Below are positions 44,753 to 54,684 of a stretch of 64,000 nt of DNA, piece after piece. The stretch spans positions 3,712,001-3,776,000 of the forward strand of contig CBDEFM010000002.1 of assembly GCA_965237415.1 (NCBI GenBank), in the 5' to 3' direction. The notes beneath the pieces are model-generated. The model saw nothing but the letters and a program-made list of their open reading frames with translations, had not been told where the DNA came from and did not search any database. The DNA comes from Alphaproteobacteria bacterium. Its GTDB lineage: Bacteria > Pseudomonadota > Alphaproteobacteria > UBA828. The translations under genes were made by a program, and so were the position numbers. Within the stretch, counting starts at the first letter, position 1, and each line of letters opens with the position of its first letter.

Positions 44753-44881
44753 GTCATCTGGCACTGAAGTTGAGATCATTATAGATTAGCAGTGCTGCCA
44801 CACTAAGTCGCTCTATTGTCGAAGAATTTAGTCGTTCAACATAGTTAGCTTTATGTGGCGAACTTCAGATTCAGGTGACTA
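44751..44881 (+). mobile_element. 127-bp IS630-type MITE with the same ends as the adjacent IS630
   Basis: Begins TA-GTCATCTGGCACTGAAGT, ends GAACTTCAGATTCAGGTGAC-TA; AT-rich non-coding interior. Confidence 0.85.
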
Positions 44882-44969
44882 GTGTGTGTATGCGTAAAGC
44901 GGATAGACACGGTTTGAACTACATGGGCGGCTCACATCACTCGACCCACGCTATTCGGTCTTCGCGGCT

Positions 44970-45420
44970 TTGGCCGAACCGTTGCGCTATCGTCGTCTGT
45001 GTGCGGAGCACCAAGTGGCCGACCGCGTCCGTGAGCTGCTCGACACGATGGAGCTGTCGCCGGACTTGATGCTGAGGCGGCCCAATCAGCTCTCAGGCGG
45101 TCAGCGGCAGCGGGTCGGTATCGCCCAAGCCCTCACGCTCGACCCCGAGATCATTATCGCAGACGAGGTGACATCGGCCCTCGACGTCACGATCCAGGCA
45201 TAGATACTCGAGCTCTTCAAGCGGCTGCGAAGAGAGATCAGGTTGACGCTGATTCTCATTTCCCACGATCTTGGTGTCGTCGGTCACCTCAGCGATACAG
45301 TGAAGGTGCTACGGCACGGACGGCTCGTGGAATACGGCGCAGCGGACGATGCGTTCACGCGGCCACGCGACCCTTATACGAAGACCCTACTCGACTCGAT
45401 TCCAAGGCTGACTCGCCGCC
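44970..45420 (+). pseudogene. Dipeptide/oligopeptide ABC ATPase C-terminal remnant
   Basis: LSGGQRQR...[19 protein letters not shown]...ISHDL...DPYTKTLL with in-frame TAG at 45201. Confidence 0.85.
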
Positions 45421-45510
45421 TCGCGGCAACCGGTCGACTGGGAAAGCCGTCGCGACAAGGCTGGGAGAGATCGGTTCCATTGCCCAGCCGATCCATTCCC
45501 GCTGCCGCGC

Positions 45511-47331
45511 GCGATAGACGGCAATGCCATGGCCGTTGCGGAAGCTGCGTACCCGCGCTTCCGTCCAGGAGTTGCCTCGCCCGGTCTTCTTGCCGAGGCG
45601 GTTGAGCGTGGCCGCGATCCCGCCATCGGGCAGCTGCCTCGCCAGGCCACGAACCAGGTCGACCACCTCGGCGCTCGCCGCCCATCGATGCTGTCCCCTA
45701 CGGTTGCGTGGCACGCTCAGGCGCGTGTGGTCGCCGCCACGCCAGTGGAGAAGAAGGTCGATGCGGCCATCGGCCAGCGTGACGACGATCTCCGCGAGCA
45801 CCGACCGGAGGATGCCCTTGCGCGTCTCGGCGGTTGCATCGGGGTGCGTCCACGCCGTCGCAAGATCGTTACCCAGCGCCATCAGCCGCCCCTTCTCCTT
45901 GCACGACGGGACCTCGGGACGGGCGGCCGCGTTGGTGGCGAGCCGCTCCTCCTGCCGGCGCACCTCCGCCAGCCGGTCGTTCCACCGTCGCTCCAGCTCG
46001 GCCGCCACCAGGCGGTTGGCGGGATCGACGGTATCGTATTGGCGCTGTGCGAGTTCGGCCTCGTAGCGCGCCTGTGTCAGCGCCAGCTCCGCCTGCCGCC
46101 GGGTCTCGGTGTTGTCGCTCTCTCGCATCTCGATAGCGGCCAGCGCCGCCTCGACCCCGAGCGGGCACAGCAGTCGCAGCACGGCGTCGCCGACGGCGGC
46201 ATCCACCCGCAGGCCGCCGAAGCCGATGCAGCGCCCGGTTCCGTGGTTGACGTGTGCACCGTGGCAGCCGTAGCGGACGCAGTACCCCTTGGTCCCGCTG
46301 TAGTGGACATGCACGCGTCGGCCGCAGTGTCCGCAGCGCAGCAGGCCCGCAAGCAGCGCATCGCCTCGGCGGACGGCGCCCCTTGCCATCAGGCCCCGGC
46401 AGTTGGCGTTGTCGGCGATCAGCCGCTGGTTCCTCTCGAACTCGTCCCAGGAAACGTAGCCGTCGTGGTGATCCCGGATCAATACGTCCCACTCCGAGCG
46501 GTCGCGGCGGAAGCCGCGGGTCACGCGCTTGCGCCCGTTCTCGACGGTCACCCGGCTTTCCGTCCGGCCGAACGCGTACGCGCCGCCGTATACCGGGTTG
46601 GTCAACAGCTTGTGGACGGTGCCGTAGACCGGCGGCTTCCAGACAATGCGGCGCTCCTCGCCAACGATACTCACGGCCGGCAGCGGCACGTCCTCCTGCC
46701 TCAGCCACAGGTGAACCTGGCGGATGCTCCGGAACTCCGCGAACTTGCGGAACACGAGATCGATCGCCTCTCGCACGCGCCGATCGGGATCCTTGGCGAT
46801 CCGGTCGCGCCGGACCTTCACGTAGCCCACCGCGACGGTGAGGAACAGCTCGCCGCGGGACGCCTTCAGGCGAAGCGCTTCGAGCGAGCGCTGGCGCAGC
46901 GTCGAGAGCTCCATCTCCGACAGCGTCCCCTTCATACCGAGCAACAGCCGGTCGTTCGGCAGGCGAGGATCGTACAAGCCGTCATCGTCGCCCAGCAGAC
47001 AGCCCACAAGCGCGCAGAACTCCAGCAACGTGTGCCAGTCACGGCCGTTTCGAGCGAGCCTCGAAGCCTCCAGCGACAGCACGATGCCGACACGCCCTTC
47101 GCAGATCGACACCAGCAGCCGTTCGAAGCCCGGCCGCGACGTCCCGCCGCCGGAGCGGCCGAGATCCTCGTCGATCACCACGGGCTCGTCCCAGCCCAGG
47201 CCGCGGGCCCGATCCGCAAGTCCATACTGACGGCGGCGGCTCTCGTGATTGTTCCGCAGCTGATCCGGCGTCGACTGCCGGATGTAGACGACCGCGTCGC
47301 GCGCCAGGTGGTCAGGCGCGATCTTGTTCAT
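45511..47331 (-). pseudogene. Large serine recombinase, C-terminally truncated
   Basis: YIRQST, DEDLGRSG, SRLARN, CGHC zinc ribbon, coiled coil; diverges from copy 2 after GIAVYR. Confidence 0.88.
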
Positions 47332-47497
47332 CGCCTGCCTCCTTCTCCGTGGCCGTCCCGTCCGCCATGTCCTCGGTCGGGTTCGTCGCCGCTTCGAGCA
47401 GCAGCGCCGCAAGCATCGGGATCACCGCCCCGCGCATCGCCGGCGTCAGTGTCGGACCCGGCTCCAGCTGGTCCAGAAGGTCCCCCTGTCTTCCCAT
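47312..47497 (-). CDS. Small ORF2 of recombinase element copy 1
   Basis: MGRQGDLLDQLEPGP...AALLLEAA...EAGDEQDRA, conserved in both copies, GGAG upstream. Confidence 0.6.
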   Translation of the reverse strand: MGRQGDLLDQLEPGPTLTPAMRGAVIPMLAALLLEAATNPTEDMADGTATEKEAGDEQDRA

Positions 47498-47798
47498 GTC
47501 GCTCTCCCAAGTCCATGTGGGAGGGCAATGGTAGAACGGCGTCAAGCACCGAACGGAGGTCGCGCAAAGCGACCAGCGCGACGCGCGGCCGATCCGTCAC
47601 CGTCATCGCCGACGCGTCCGGGGAACACATCCAGGTCGGTATCTGCGCCAATGTGCCGTCCGGCTGGCGGACGACGTAGATCATGATCCCTTTGAAGCGG
47701 TGGCGCCGAACCACCTCCACGCGCTGGCCCGTCCGCGGGTGGAAGGGGTAGTGGATCTTGACCGGATCGCCCTGATAGCGGGCAGTATGTGGCTGTTC
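47328..47798 (-). CDS. ORF1 of element copy 1 (YPFHP-motif protein), open to the att junction with no start
   Basis: EQPHTARYQGDPVKIHYPFHPRTGQ...IPTWM; stop overlaps the recombinase ATG. Confidence 0.7.
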   Translation of the reverse strand, partial: EQPHTARYQGDPVKIHYPFHPRTGQRVEVVRRHRFKGIMIYVVRQPDGTLAQIPTWMCSPDASAMTVTDRPRVALVALRDLRSVLDAVLPLPSHMDLGERHGKTGGPSGPAGAGSDTDAGDARGGDPDACGAAARSGDEPDRGHGGRDGHGEGGRR

Positions 47799-48235
47799 CG
47801 ACCGGCACGGGCAAGACCCATGTCGCCCTGGGGCTCGGGCTGGCCGCCTGCCAGAGGGGCCTCTCTACGGGCTTCACCACGGCCGCCGCGCTCGTGCACG
47901 AGTTGATGGAAGCCCGCGACGAGCGCCGCCTCCTGCGGCTCCAGAAGCAGATGGTCGCCTGCACGCTGCTAATCATCGACGAGTTGGGCTTCGTGCCGCT
48001 GAGCAAGACCGGCGCCGAGCTTCTGTTCGAGCTGATCTCGCAGCGCTACGAGCGGGGCGCCACGCTCATCACCTCCAACCTCCCCTTCGACGAATGGACC
48101 GGGACCTTCGGCTCCGAGCGCCTGACCGGGGCGCTGCTCGACCGTCTCACCCATCACGTCAACATCCTCGAGATGAACGGCGACAGCTACCGCCTCAGCC
48201 AGAGCCGCGCCCGCAGAAACAGCGCCGATAGCTGA
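47798..48235 (+). pseudogene. istB: IS21 istB C-terminal half (Walker A onward)
   Basis: PTGTGKTH, LLIIDELG, RYERG, TSNLPF, LLDRLTHH, GDSYR. Confidence 0.92.
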
Positions 48236-48449
48236 ACTCCGGCGCGCCACCGATCGGCCCCGGCCGGCAACGCGCCTCTAAGGCCCGGGTGGCGAGACTG
48301 ACCCCAACCCGACAAACCATGCCGCCCTGCGGGCGGGCGGCGGGCGCGGACCGCTTGAGCTCTGCATGGCTCCGCTGCCCGCTCCCGCCGAAAAACCCTC
48401 GCACCGCGTCTCCGAATCCCAGTCTCACGCCAAGCTCAGCCCACCAGCC

Positions 48450-48503
48450 CAGGTGGCAGTCTTTTGCGCCGCCCCTTGGCCGAATCTTCAACCGGCGTTG
48501 ACA
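48450..48503 (+). repeat. IS21 right end
   Basis: Ends ...CCGGCGTTGACA with subterminal TGG...TTTTGCGCCGCC repeats. Confidence 0.75.
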
Positions 48504-48889
48504 AACGAGACGAATAAGGACCCCCCGATTTCATCTCGTGGGACGGCTATGGCCGGTTGTGGTAGCAGTGCCTGTCGTGGCTGACACACGCGGCGAGTTT
48601 CTGATTCTGATCCATCACGTTGCCTGCTACAGGATCGCGTGCGGCAAGTCGGGCCACGCGTAGGCCAAGGCGGCCATAGCCAGGCACACGGTAAGCGCTG
48701 CGAGCACACCATCTTTCATTCATTGACGGGCTGCTGTTGAACGATCCTCTTGGAGGGGAGGATGAGGTAGTGCGCCACGATTTCTCGCTCTATTCCAACG
48801 TCGCCGCTCGATGCAGCGCTTCTTGCGCCTGTGCTTGTCAGCGGCGAAAGCGGCGGCCGGGCCTCGTGTAAAGCGGCCGGTACCGAGAG

Positions 48890-49624
48890 TCAGAAGTGCG
48901 ATTGATCGTCGACCACGGCCTCGTCGAAACCGAAATAGGCCTTTTCGAGCTGCTCGTCCGTGAGGTCGCTGCTCTTGCCCTCCAGTTCGATCTGGCCTCG
49001 GCGCATGATGTATATCCGATCACTGTTTTCCAACGCGCGGTGCGTGCTTTGTTCGACCACGAGCAACGTCATGCGCTCATCGCACAAGGCCCTCAGGGTC
49101 TCGTAGACCGTGTCCACAATCATGGGCCCAAGGCCGAGCGAGGGCTCGTCGAGCAGGATCAGGCGCGGACCCGTCATCAACGCCCGTGCGATCACCAGCT
49201 GCTGCTGCTCACCGCCAGACAGCTTGCCGCCGGGCGTCGACAGCTTGTCCCGTAAGAACGGAAAGATGCTCAGCATGCGTTGGAAATCCTCCTCGATACG
49301 GGAGCGATCGCGACGCATCTGGCTACCGAGCCGGATATTCTCCTCAACGGTCAACTGTGTGAACACGTTCCGGCCCTCCGGCACGAGCGAGAGGCCCATG
49401 CGGGCAATATTTTCCGGCGCGTGGCCCGTGATCGAGCGGCCCAGCAGCTTGATGGTTCCTTCCGTAGGAGTGAGTGAGCCCGCGATACTGCGTAACGTGG
49501 TTGACTTGCCCGCACCGTTGGGGCCGACGATGCAGACCATCTCGCCTTCGTCCACCCGAACCGAGACTCCACGTACGGCCCGCACGCGGCCGTAGCGGAC
49601 ATGGATGTTTTCAACTTCGAGCAT
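48890..49624 (-). CDS. LivF-like ABC ATPase
   Basis: GPNGAGKST, VPEGR, LSGGEQQ, LDEPSLGL, VEQ. Confidence 0.92.
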   Translation of the reverse strand: MLEVENIHVRYGRVRAVRGVSVRVDEGEMVCIVGPNGAGKSTTLRSIAGSLTPTEGTIKLLGRSITGHAPENIARMGLSLVPEGRNVFTQLTVEENIRLGSQMRRDRSRIEEDFQRMLSIFPFLRDKLSTPGGKLSGGEQQQLVIARALMTGPRLILLDEPSLGLGPMIVDTVYETLRALCDERMTLLVVEQSTHRALENSDRIYIMRRGQIELEGKSSDLTDEQLEKAYFGFDEAVVDDQSHF

Positions 49625-50375
49625 CTTGCGGTTTTGACCCCAGGTAGGCCCGGATCACGTCGGGATTGGTTTGGATCTCCCCCGGTGGGCCCTCAGCTAC
49701 CGAGTGCCCGCTCTCAATCACATGAATGCGCTCGCATACCCCCATGATCACGCGCATGTTGTGTTCGATCAACAGCACGCCGCAGCTGAAATCCGTCGGG
49801 ATACGGGCAATAAGCTGCATGACGTCGTCGCACTCGGCGTCGGTCAGGCCAGCAGCAGGCTCGTCTAGAAGCACGAATTGAGGCGCGCTTGCGAGTGCGC
49901 GGCCAATACCGACACGTCGCTCGTCGCCATACGGCAAGCTATCAGCGAGGTCGTACGCTTTGTGCTCAAAATGCATCCACTCCAGGATGTCCATGGCCCG
50001 TTTTTCCGCTGCCCGGCGCGTGAGCCCGTTTCCCACTGCGGCGATTTCGAGATTCTCTAGCACTGATAGGTCGCGGAACAAGCGGACCGCCTGGAAGGTG
50101 CGCGCGAGCCCCGCGCGACCGATCCTGTAGGGCGGCCAGTCTGTGATGTCACGACCGCCGAGAGTGACTGTTCCGGCTGTCGCCTTTTGAAAGCCGGTGA
50201 GCACGTTGACCAGCGTCGTCTTGCCCGAACCGTTGGGGCCGATGAGACCGAAGATCTCCGTCCGGCCGAGGGAAATGCTCAGACCGTTAAGAGCTGCCAA
50301 ACCCTCGAATTGCACCGAGATATCAAGTGCCTCAAGGAGCTCGGCATCCGAGCTGTCTGTCGAGGTCTCGCTCAT
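49611..50375 (-). CDS. LivG-like ABC ATPase
   Basis: GPNGSGKTT, ARTFQ, LPYG, LDEPAAG, IEHNM, AYLG. Confidence 0.92.
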   Translation of the reverse strand: MSETSTDSSDAELLEALDISVQFEGLAALNGLSISLGRTEIFGLIGPNGSGKTTLVNVLTGFQKATAGTVTLGGRDITDWPPYRIGRAGLARTFQAVRLFRDLSVLENLEIAAVGNGLTRRAAEKRAMDILEWMHFEHKAYDLADSLPYGDERRVGIGRALASAPQFVLLDEPAAGLTDAECDDVMQLIARIPTDFSCGVLLIEHNMRVIMGVCERIHVIESGHSVAEGPPGEIQTNPDVIRAYLGSKPQDARS

Positions 50376-50433
50376 GTGCCGTTGCACGTCCTCCATTCGC
50401 CTCTGGGGCATGGTTTCAGTCTCCCGTCCGCGC

Positions 50434-51513
50434 CTACTCGGCACCTGCCTCGAGGGCTCGCGGCGGGACACTCCGGGCAGGCTTAGGCGGTCCGAAGGGC
50501 CAGGGTATCTCGCGTCCGCCCATGATGCCTGCCGGTCTGAAGATCATGATCGCCAGCATTACGCCGCCAAGAATAATCTCCTGCAAGCCCAGCGGTAACT
50601 GAATGAGCGCCGAGCCGATCTCCGCGCCCTTCTCTAGTTGGCGGAAGACTTCCGTCACCGCGGTGATGACGATAACCCCCACGACCGCGCCTGCCAGCGA
50701 GTTCTGGCCCCCCACGACGAGCATGGCGAGCGTGATGAAGGTGAGCTGAATCCAGAAAGCGTTGACGGTGAGTATCCCGAGGAAGTGACCGTGCAGCACG
50801 CCCCCAATGCCGACGACGAAGCCGCTTAGCGTGAAGGCGATGACGCGCTGCATGTAGACGTTGACGCCAAAGGCGCGCGCTGCCACCTCGTCCTCGCGCG
50901 AGGCACGCAGCGCCAAGCCCAAACGGGATATCTGGTAAAGGTAGGCGATGGCCAAGACGACCAACGCCCAATAGAACACGACCCACATATCGACATACAT
51001 TGGCAGCCCAATGATCGAGCTCGTACCCAGCGTGACCCTCTCCCAGTTGTTGTAGATGGTGTAGCCCATGGCCATCGCCGCAAACGTAGCTATGCTGATG
51101 GCGATAGGATTCGTGCGCATGATGGCCAGCGCGAGGACGAAGGAGACAGCAGCGGCGAGCAGCCCGGCGAGAATGAGTGCCGGCAGAGGATCGAGTTGTG
51201 CCGCGATCAGAAAGTCGGGCAAACCCGGCAACGTGAACCTCTTCAAGCTAGGCAGAAGGGTCAACCACGCCGCGGCGTAGGCGCCGATCATCATGTAGAC
51301 GATGCTGCCGAAGGAAAGAACGCCCGAATTACCCATGAAGATATAAATTCCGACGACGACGATCAGCTTGATAAGCCCGTCGGCGACCGTGCGCTGCATG
51401 AGGATACCTCCCGAAGCATCCACGGCAACGACGATGATCAGCAAGATGACGGCTAAGGACGCAAAGGGCCAAATCCGGCGCAGCTGCCTCTCAACCGGCC
51501 CCATTCCTCGCAT
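50434..51513 (-). CDS. LivM-like permease
   Basis: G.SGVLSFG, GAY, REDEVAARAFG, VVGG. Confidence 0.9.
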   Translation of the reverse strand: MRGMGPVERQLRRIWPFASLAVILLIIVVAVDASGGILMQRTVADGLIKLIVVVGIYIFMGNSGVLSFGSIVYMMIGAYAAAWLTLLPSLKRFTLPGLPDFLIAAQLDPLPALILAGLLAAAVSFVLALAIMRTNPIAISIATFAAMAMGYTIYNNWERVTLGTSSIIGLPMYVDMWVVFYWALVVLAIAYLYQISRLGLALRASREDEVAARAFGVNVYMQRVIAFTLSGFVVGIGGVLHGHFLGILTVNAFWIQLTFITLAMLVVGGQNSLAGAVVGVIVITAVTEVFRQLEKGAEIGSALIQLPLGLQEIILGGVMLAIMIFRPAGIMGGREIPWPFGPPKPARSVPPRALEAGAE

Positions 51514-52428
51514 CTAGACGCGTTCCCTAACGGCTTTGGTCACGATCAGACCCTGCGGCCGGAAAATCAACACCAGGATAACGAAGCCGAAGACAAACGC
51601 GTCGCGTGTCAACTTGTAGTCATCCGGAAGTACGGTCTGAAGGGTAGTGCTCATCACGCCCACCAGGAAGCCCCCGGCCGCAGCCCCAAATAGACTTCCC
51701 ATGCCTCCGATTACCGTCGAGATGAAGGCAATAATCACCAGATTGAGGCTCATCCGAAAGCTCAGCACACCAGTTTGTGTGATGAAGATGAGCGAGACCA
51801 CAGCAGCCAACATGCCGCTTATGGCGAATGCCAATGCGATCACCGTGTTAGCCCGCACGCCCAGGAGGCGCGCCGTCTCGAAGTCCTCGGCTGCCGCGCG
51901 CATCTGGACGCCGTAAGCAGTGCGCTTCAAAAATAGTGCAAGGCCCCCCAGCAGCGTGATCGCCGCACCGATTGCTACGAGTTGGATGGCGGGAACGCGC
52001 AGTCCCACAAACTCGATGTGCCTGGCAAGCGAGATACCGACATTTACGGCTTTGGGGCGGCCGGTGTAGATCAAGATAATAATATGCTGAAACACGTAGC
52101 TGACCGCAAAAGATGCGATCAGTAAGCTCGCCATGTTCGCGCCCCTCAGCGGGCGAAACGCGATGACCTCGGTCAGGAGTGCGATGACGATAACGATCGA
52201 TATAATAGCTGGAATCAGAAAAATTGCAGGCCAAGTACCAATAAATGGGGTCGCTACCACGGCAGCAGCCGGCACGATAAGCGCATAGGCGCCTATGGTT
52301 ATGAAGTCGCCATGCGCAAAATTGATCAGTCTCAGGATGCCGAATATGAGACCGATCCCGAGTGCCGTTAGGGAATACATACTGCCGAGACTTATGGCAT
52401 CGATGGCAATCTGTACAACGAACGTCAT
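51514..52428 (-). CDS. LivH-like permease
   Basis: INFAHGD, G.QMRA...D...ARLLGV, VIGGMGS, RPQG. Confidence 0.92.
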   Translation of the reverse strand: MTFVVQIAIDAISLGSMYSLTALGIGLIFGILRLINFAHGDFITIGAYALIVPAAAVVATPFIGTWPAIFLIPAIISIVIVIALLTEVIAFRPLRGANMASLLIASFAVSYVFQHIIILIYTGRPKAVNVGISLARHIEFVGLRVPAIQLVAIGAAITLLGGLALFLKRTAYGVQMRAAAEDFETARLLGVRANTVIALAFAISGMLAAVVSLIFITQTGVLSFRMSLNLVIIAFISTVIGGMGSLFGAAAGGFLVGVMSTTLQTVLPDDYKLTRDAFVFGFVILVLIFRPQGLIVTKAVRERV

Positions 52429-52478
52429 GACGGATAATCTGCCATTCTCACGGGTGCATTCACACTCGTGTTAGCTCG

Positions 52479-52528
52479 GACATTGAATGTTGGATTAGGT
52501 TTTGACACTGAATGTTGGATTAGGCTTT
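52479..52528. repeat. 25-bp tandem repeat, two copies
   Basis: GACATTGAATGTTGGATTAGGTTTT / GACACTGAATGTTGGATTAGGCTTT. Confidence 0.85.
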
Positions 52529-52697
52529 AAGGGCGTAGGTGAACGCACGCATCTCCGGGCCGCCGCCGGTTGGGAAGGGAAGCTGCCACTCTCCCCGCCT
52601 AGAATCCCCGACAGGGCCGCGGAAAGAGACGAGGACGAGGCTCGGTCCGACGGCTCCGGAATGAGCCCCGTCCCCTTCAATTTAAGACGCTATACAA

Positions 52698-53969
52698 TCA
52701 GTCCCACGCCTTTAGCTTGCTGATATCCCAAGCTTTCTCTGCCCGGTACTTCTCAAGAAACTCCAGCTTACCTTTACCCTGCACCTCGAAGAAGGTGAAC
52801 GGCCTGCGGTTCTGGATGTGCGTGTCCGCTGTCCATGTGGTGACACCGATCAGGAGTGGTGCGTCCGTGAAGGTCTCCATCGCCTCGACGACCGCCATCG
52901 GCTCGTCTGTGCCCGCCTGCTCAAGTGCTTTGACGTAAGCTTGCACCATACTGTAGCCGAGGTAAACGTGCGAGGATGGCGGCATTTCACCGTACTTCGC
53001 CTGATAGCGCTCCAGGAACACCTTTTCCTGCGGCGTGAAGTTCTCGGGCGAGAAGACATTGCCATGCGTACCATGGTAATAGTTCTTGAGCCCCGGCACA
53101 GAGTCCATCCAGAACTGGCCCGCATAGGACTCTGAGGTTAGCACTGGTGTCTCGATTCCCGCAGCCCTGATTTGTCGCAGCGCGGAGGCGCCACCTGGGA
53201 TGTAGGAACAGATCATCATGACGTCGGGCTCGGGATCAATCGCCTTATACTGGGTAATCTGAGCGGCGATCGACGGATCGTCCTGCTTGAAGACATCCTG
53301 GCCGACAAGCTCGGCGCCCTCCAGTTCTTGCCAGCGCTCATTGAAGCCAACGCAAAGCGACTTGTCATACTCGATTGAGTTATCGAGGAGCGAATACGCT
53401 CGGCGCCAGCCCTTTCGATTATAGCCCCACTCGGCGAGCACATAGCCCTGGGCGTTGGCCGCGGTCGACATGGTAAAGATCGTCGGACCGATGCCCTGAA
53501 CGCCGATCTTGGGATCGGAACCGCATACGGAGACACCGACAATTCCCGCCGCCGCATATTGCAGGGCGGCAGGACCACCCATGTCGTAGTCGCACGAGAA
53601 GGCGGCAAATTTTGCGCCGCCTTGAACCATTTCAGCGCCGCATTTGGCGCCCTGTTCGCGGTCCGCTTTTGTATCGCACTTGATGATTTCCAGTTTGCGC
53701 CCACCAAGCACGCCGTTGTTCGTGTTAACCTGCGGAACGCCCAAAATGTCCGCGTCGATGAGCTGACCGGCGTTTACGTCGTCGACGGCGATCTCCATGG
53801 CTCTCTGTGGTTGGCCGTCATAGGTCAGCATCCAGTTCGAGAAATCCAGAGCCTGGCCGATGATGATCGGGTCGCTCTCGGCGCTCGCTTTCTGCGGCCC
53901 GACGAGAGCGCTCAGCGAAAGCACGAGGGCCAGCGCCGAGGTCAGAAGGGCAATCTTTGGCATTGACAT
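52698..53969 (-). CDS. LivK-like substrate-binding protein
   Basis: Signal peptide ending ASA, AVDDVNAG..GVLGGRKL...D, RQIRAAG. Confidence 0.88.
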   Translation of the reverse strand: MSMPKIALLTSALALVLSLSALVGPQKASAESDPIIIGQALDFSNWMLTYDGQPQRAMEIAVDDVNAGQLIDADILGVPQVNTNNGVLGGRKLEIIKCDTKADREQGAKCGAEMVQGGAKFAAFSCDYDMGGPAALQYAAAGIVGVSVCGSDPKIGVQGIGPTIFTMSTAANAQGYVLAEWGYNRKGWRRAYSLLDNSIEYDKSLCVGFNERWQELEGAELVGQDVFKQDDPSIAAQITQYKAIDPEPDVMMICSYIPGGASALRQIRAAGIETPVLTSESYAGQFWMDSVPGLKNYYHGTHGNVFSPENFTPQEKVFLERYQAKYGEMPPSSHVYLGYSMVQAYVKALEQAGTDEPMAVVEAMETFTDAPLLIGVTTWTADTHIQNRRPFTFFEVQGKGKLEFLEKYRAEKAWDISKLKAWD

Positions 53970-54117
53970 CTCCCTAGGTGGCCGCGCCTCCCGGGTTTGT
54001 GCTTCTTGATTTTCCCCTGTCTTCGTCGCGCCACCGACACCCGCCGGGACGCAACGACGAGGCGGGTGCCACGTCTGTTGCCCCCCATTCTGACGGTTGT
54101 CGACCATGGTCGGCAAG

Positions 54118-54150
54118 GAGAATCCATCAGAAAAGAGAATCCATCAGAAA
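54118..54150. promoter_or_regulatory. 16-bp direct repeat upstream of the LIV operon
   Basis: GAGAATCCATCAGAAA at 54118 and 54135. Confidence 0.55.
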
Positions 54151-54295
54151 CCTGCCTATTCTTGATGATCCACCGTGGTCCGCACGTGTTCCTAACGTGT
54201 TCTGGAACATGAAGGTCATGATCATCGGGCTCAAGGTTGCGTTGCGCGTGCCCGGTCTTGAGTGACGAGGCGTGTCGCGAAGCGTTGGCCCAGAA
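54150..54295 (+). pseudogene. Degenerate IS1595 5' fragment (copy a)
   Basis: GGGCTCAAGGTTGCGTTGCGCGTG...TTGAGTGACGAGGCG aligns with 54760-54820. Confidence 0.65.
54188..54202 (+). promoter_or_regulatory. Alphaproteobacterial LexA box
   Basis: GTTC-CTAACGT-GTTC. Confidence 0.6.
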
Positions 54296-54349
54296 GAGCT
54301 CAAGCGGTCCGCGCGCGCCGGCCGCCCGCAGAGAGGCCATGGCATGGAC

Positions 54350-54684
54350 TGGTTTGCCGGGTTGAAGTTTGTGCTGTCGACCGAGATTGGGAGGAGGAGG
54401 CGGTGGCAGCCCAGGTGCCGCCGCTGCCGCTGGGAATCTCACCCAGATTGACGCGCGGCTCTCACCCTGATCGCCGCGCCATAGGCGCGTGTGATTGCGG
54501 CTCTGGAGCGGCGATGATCCCGGTTCCGAGCGGTGTGCGGGTGTGGCTCGCGACAGGTGCGACGGACATGCGTCGCGGCATGAACACGCTGGCGCTTCAG
54601 GTTCAGCAGGACCTGGGACGCGATCCCCATGCGGGGGATTTGTATGTGTTCCGCGGTCGCAGAGGCGACCTGATCAAGATCCTA
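54350..54684 (+). pseudogene. IS66 tnpA remnant and truncated accessory tnpB (from 54514)
   Basis: GRRRRW remnant; MIPVPSGVRVWLATGATDMRRG...FRGRRGDLIKIL. Confidence 0.85.

Larger units (their letters stand above)
43480..44919. repeat. 40-bp imperfect inverted repeat pair (43480-43519 and 44880-44919) enclosing IS630 and its MITE
   Basis: 33/40 identity by manual comparison. Confidence 0.75.
45511..47799 (-). mobile_element. Serine-recombinase element copy 1 (far end deleted), joined to istB at the Walker A CC
   Basis: Collinear with copy 2; homology stops near 45511; junction GGCTGTT-CC-GACCGGCACGGGCAAG. Confidence 0.88.

Noticed and set aside
45201-45203. In-frame TAG as a recoded stop
   Set aside because: The gene also lacks its N-terminus; a CAG-to-TAG nonsense change in a pseudogene is simpler.
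48627-48719. 30-aa hydrophobic ORF MKDGVLAALTVCLAMAALAYAWPDLPHAIL (minus strand)
   Set aside because: No clear RBS; cannot be told apart from chance or a gene remnant.
52479-54150. Short direct repeats as a CRISPR array
   Set aside because: Only two adjacent copies each, no spacers, no cas genes.
54514-54684. tnpB as an RNA-guided nuclease
   Set aside because: This is the unrelated IS66 accessory TnpB, and it is truncated.
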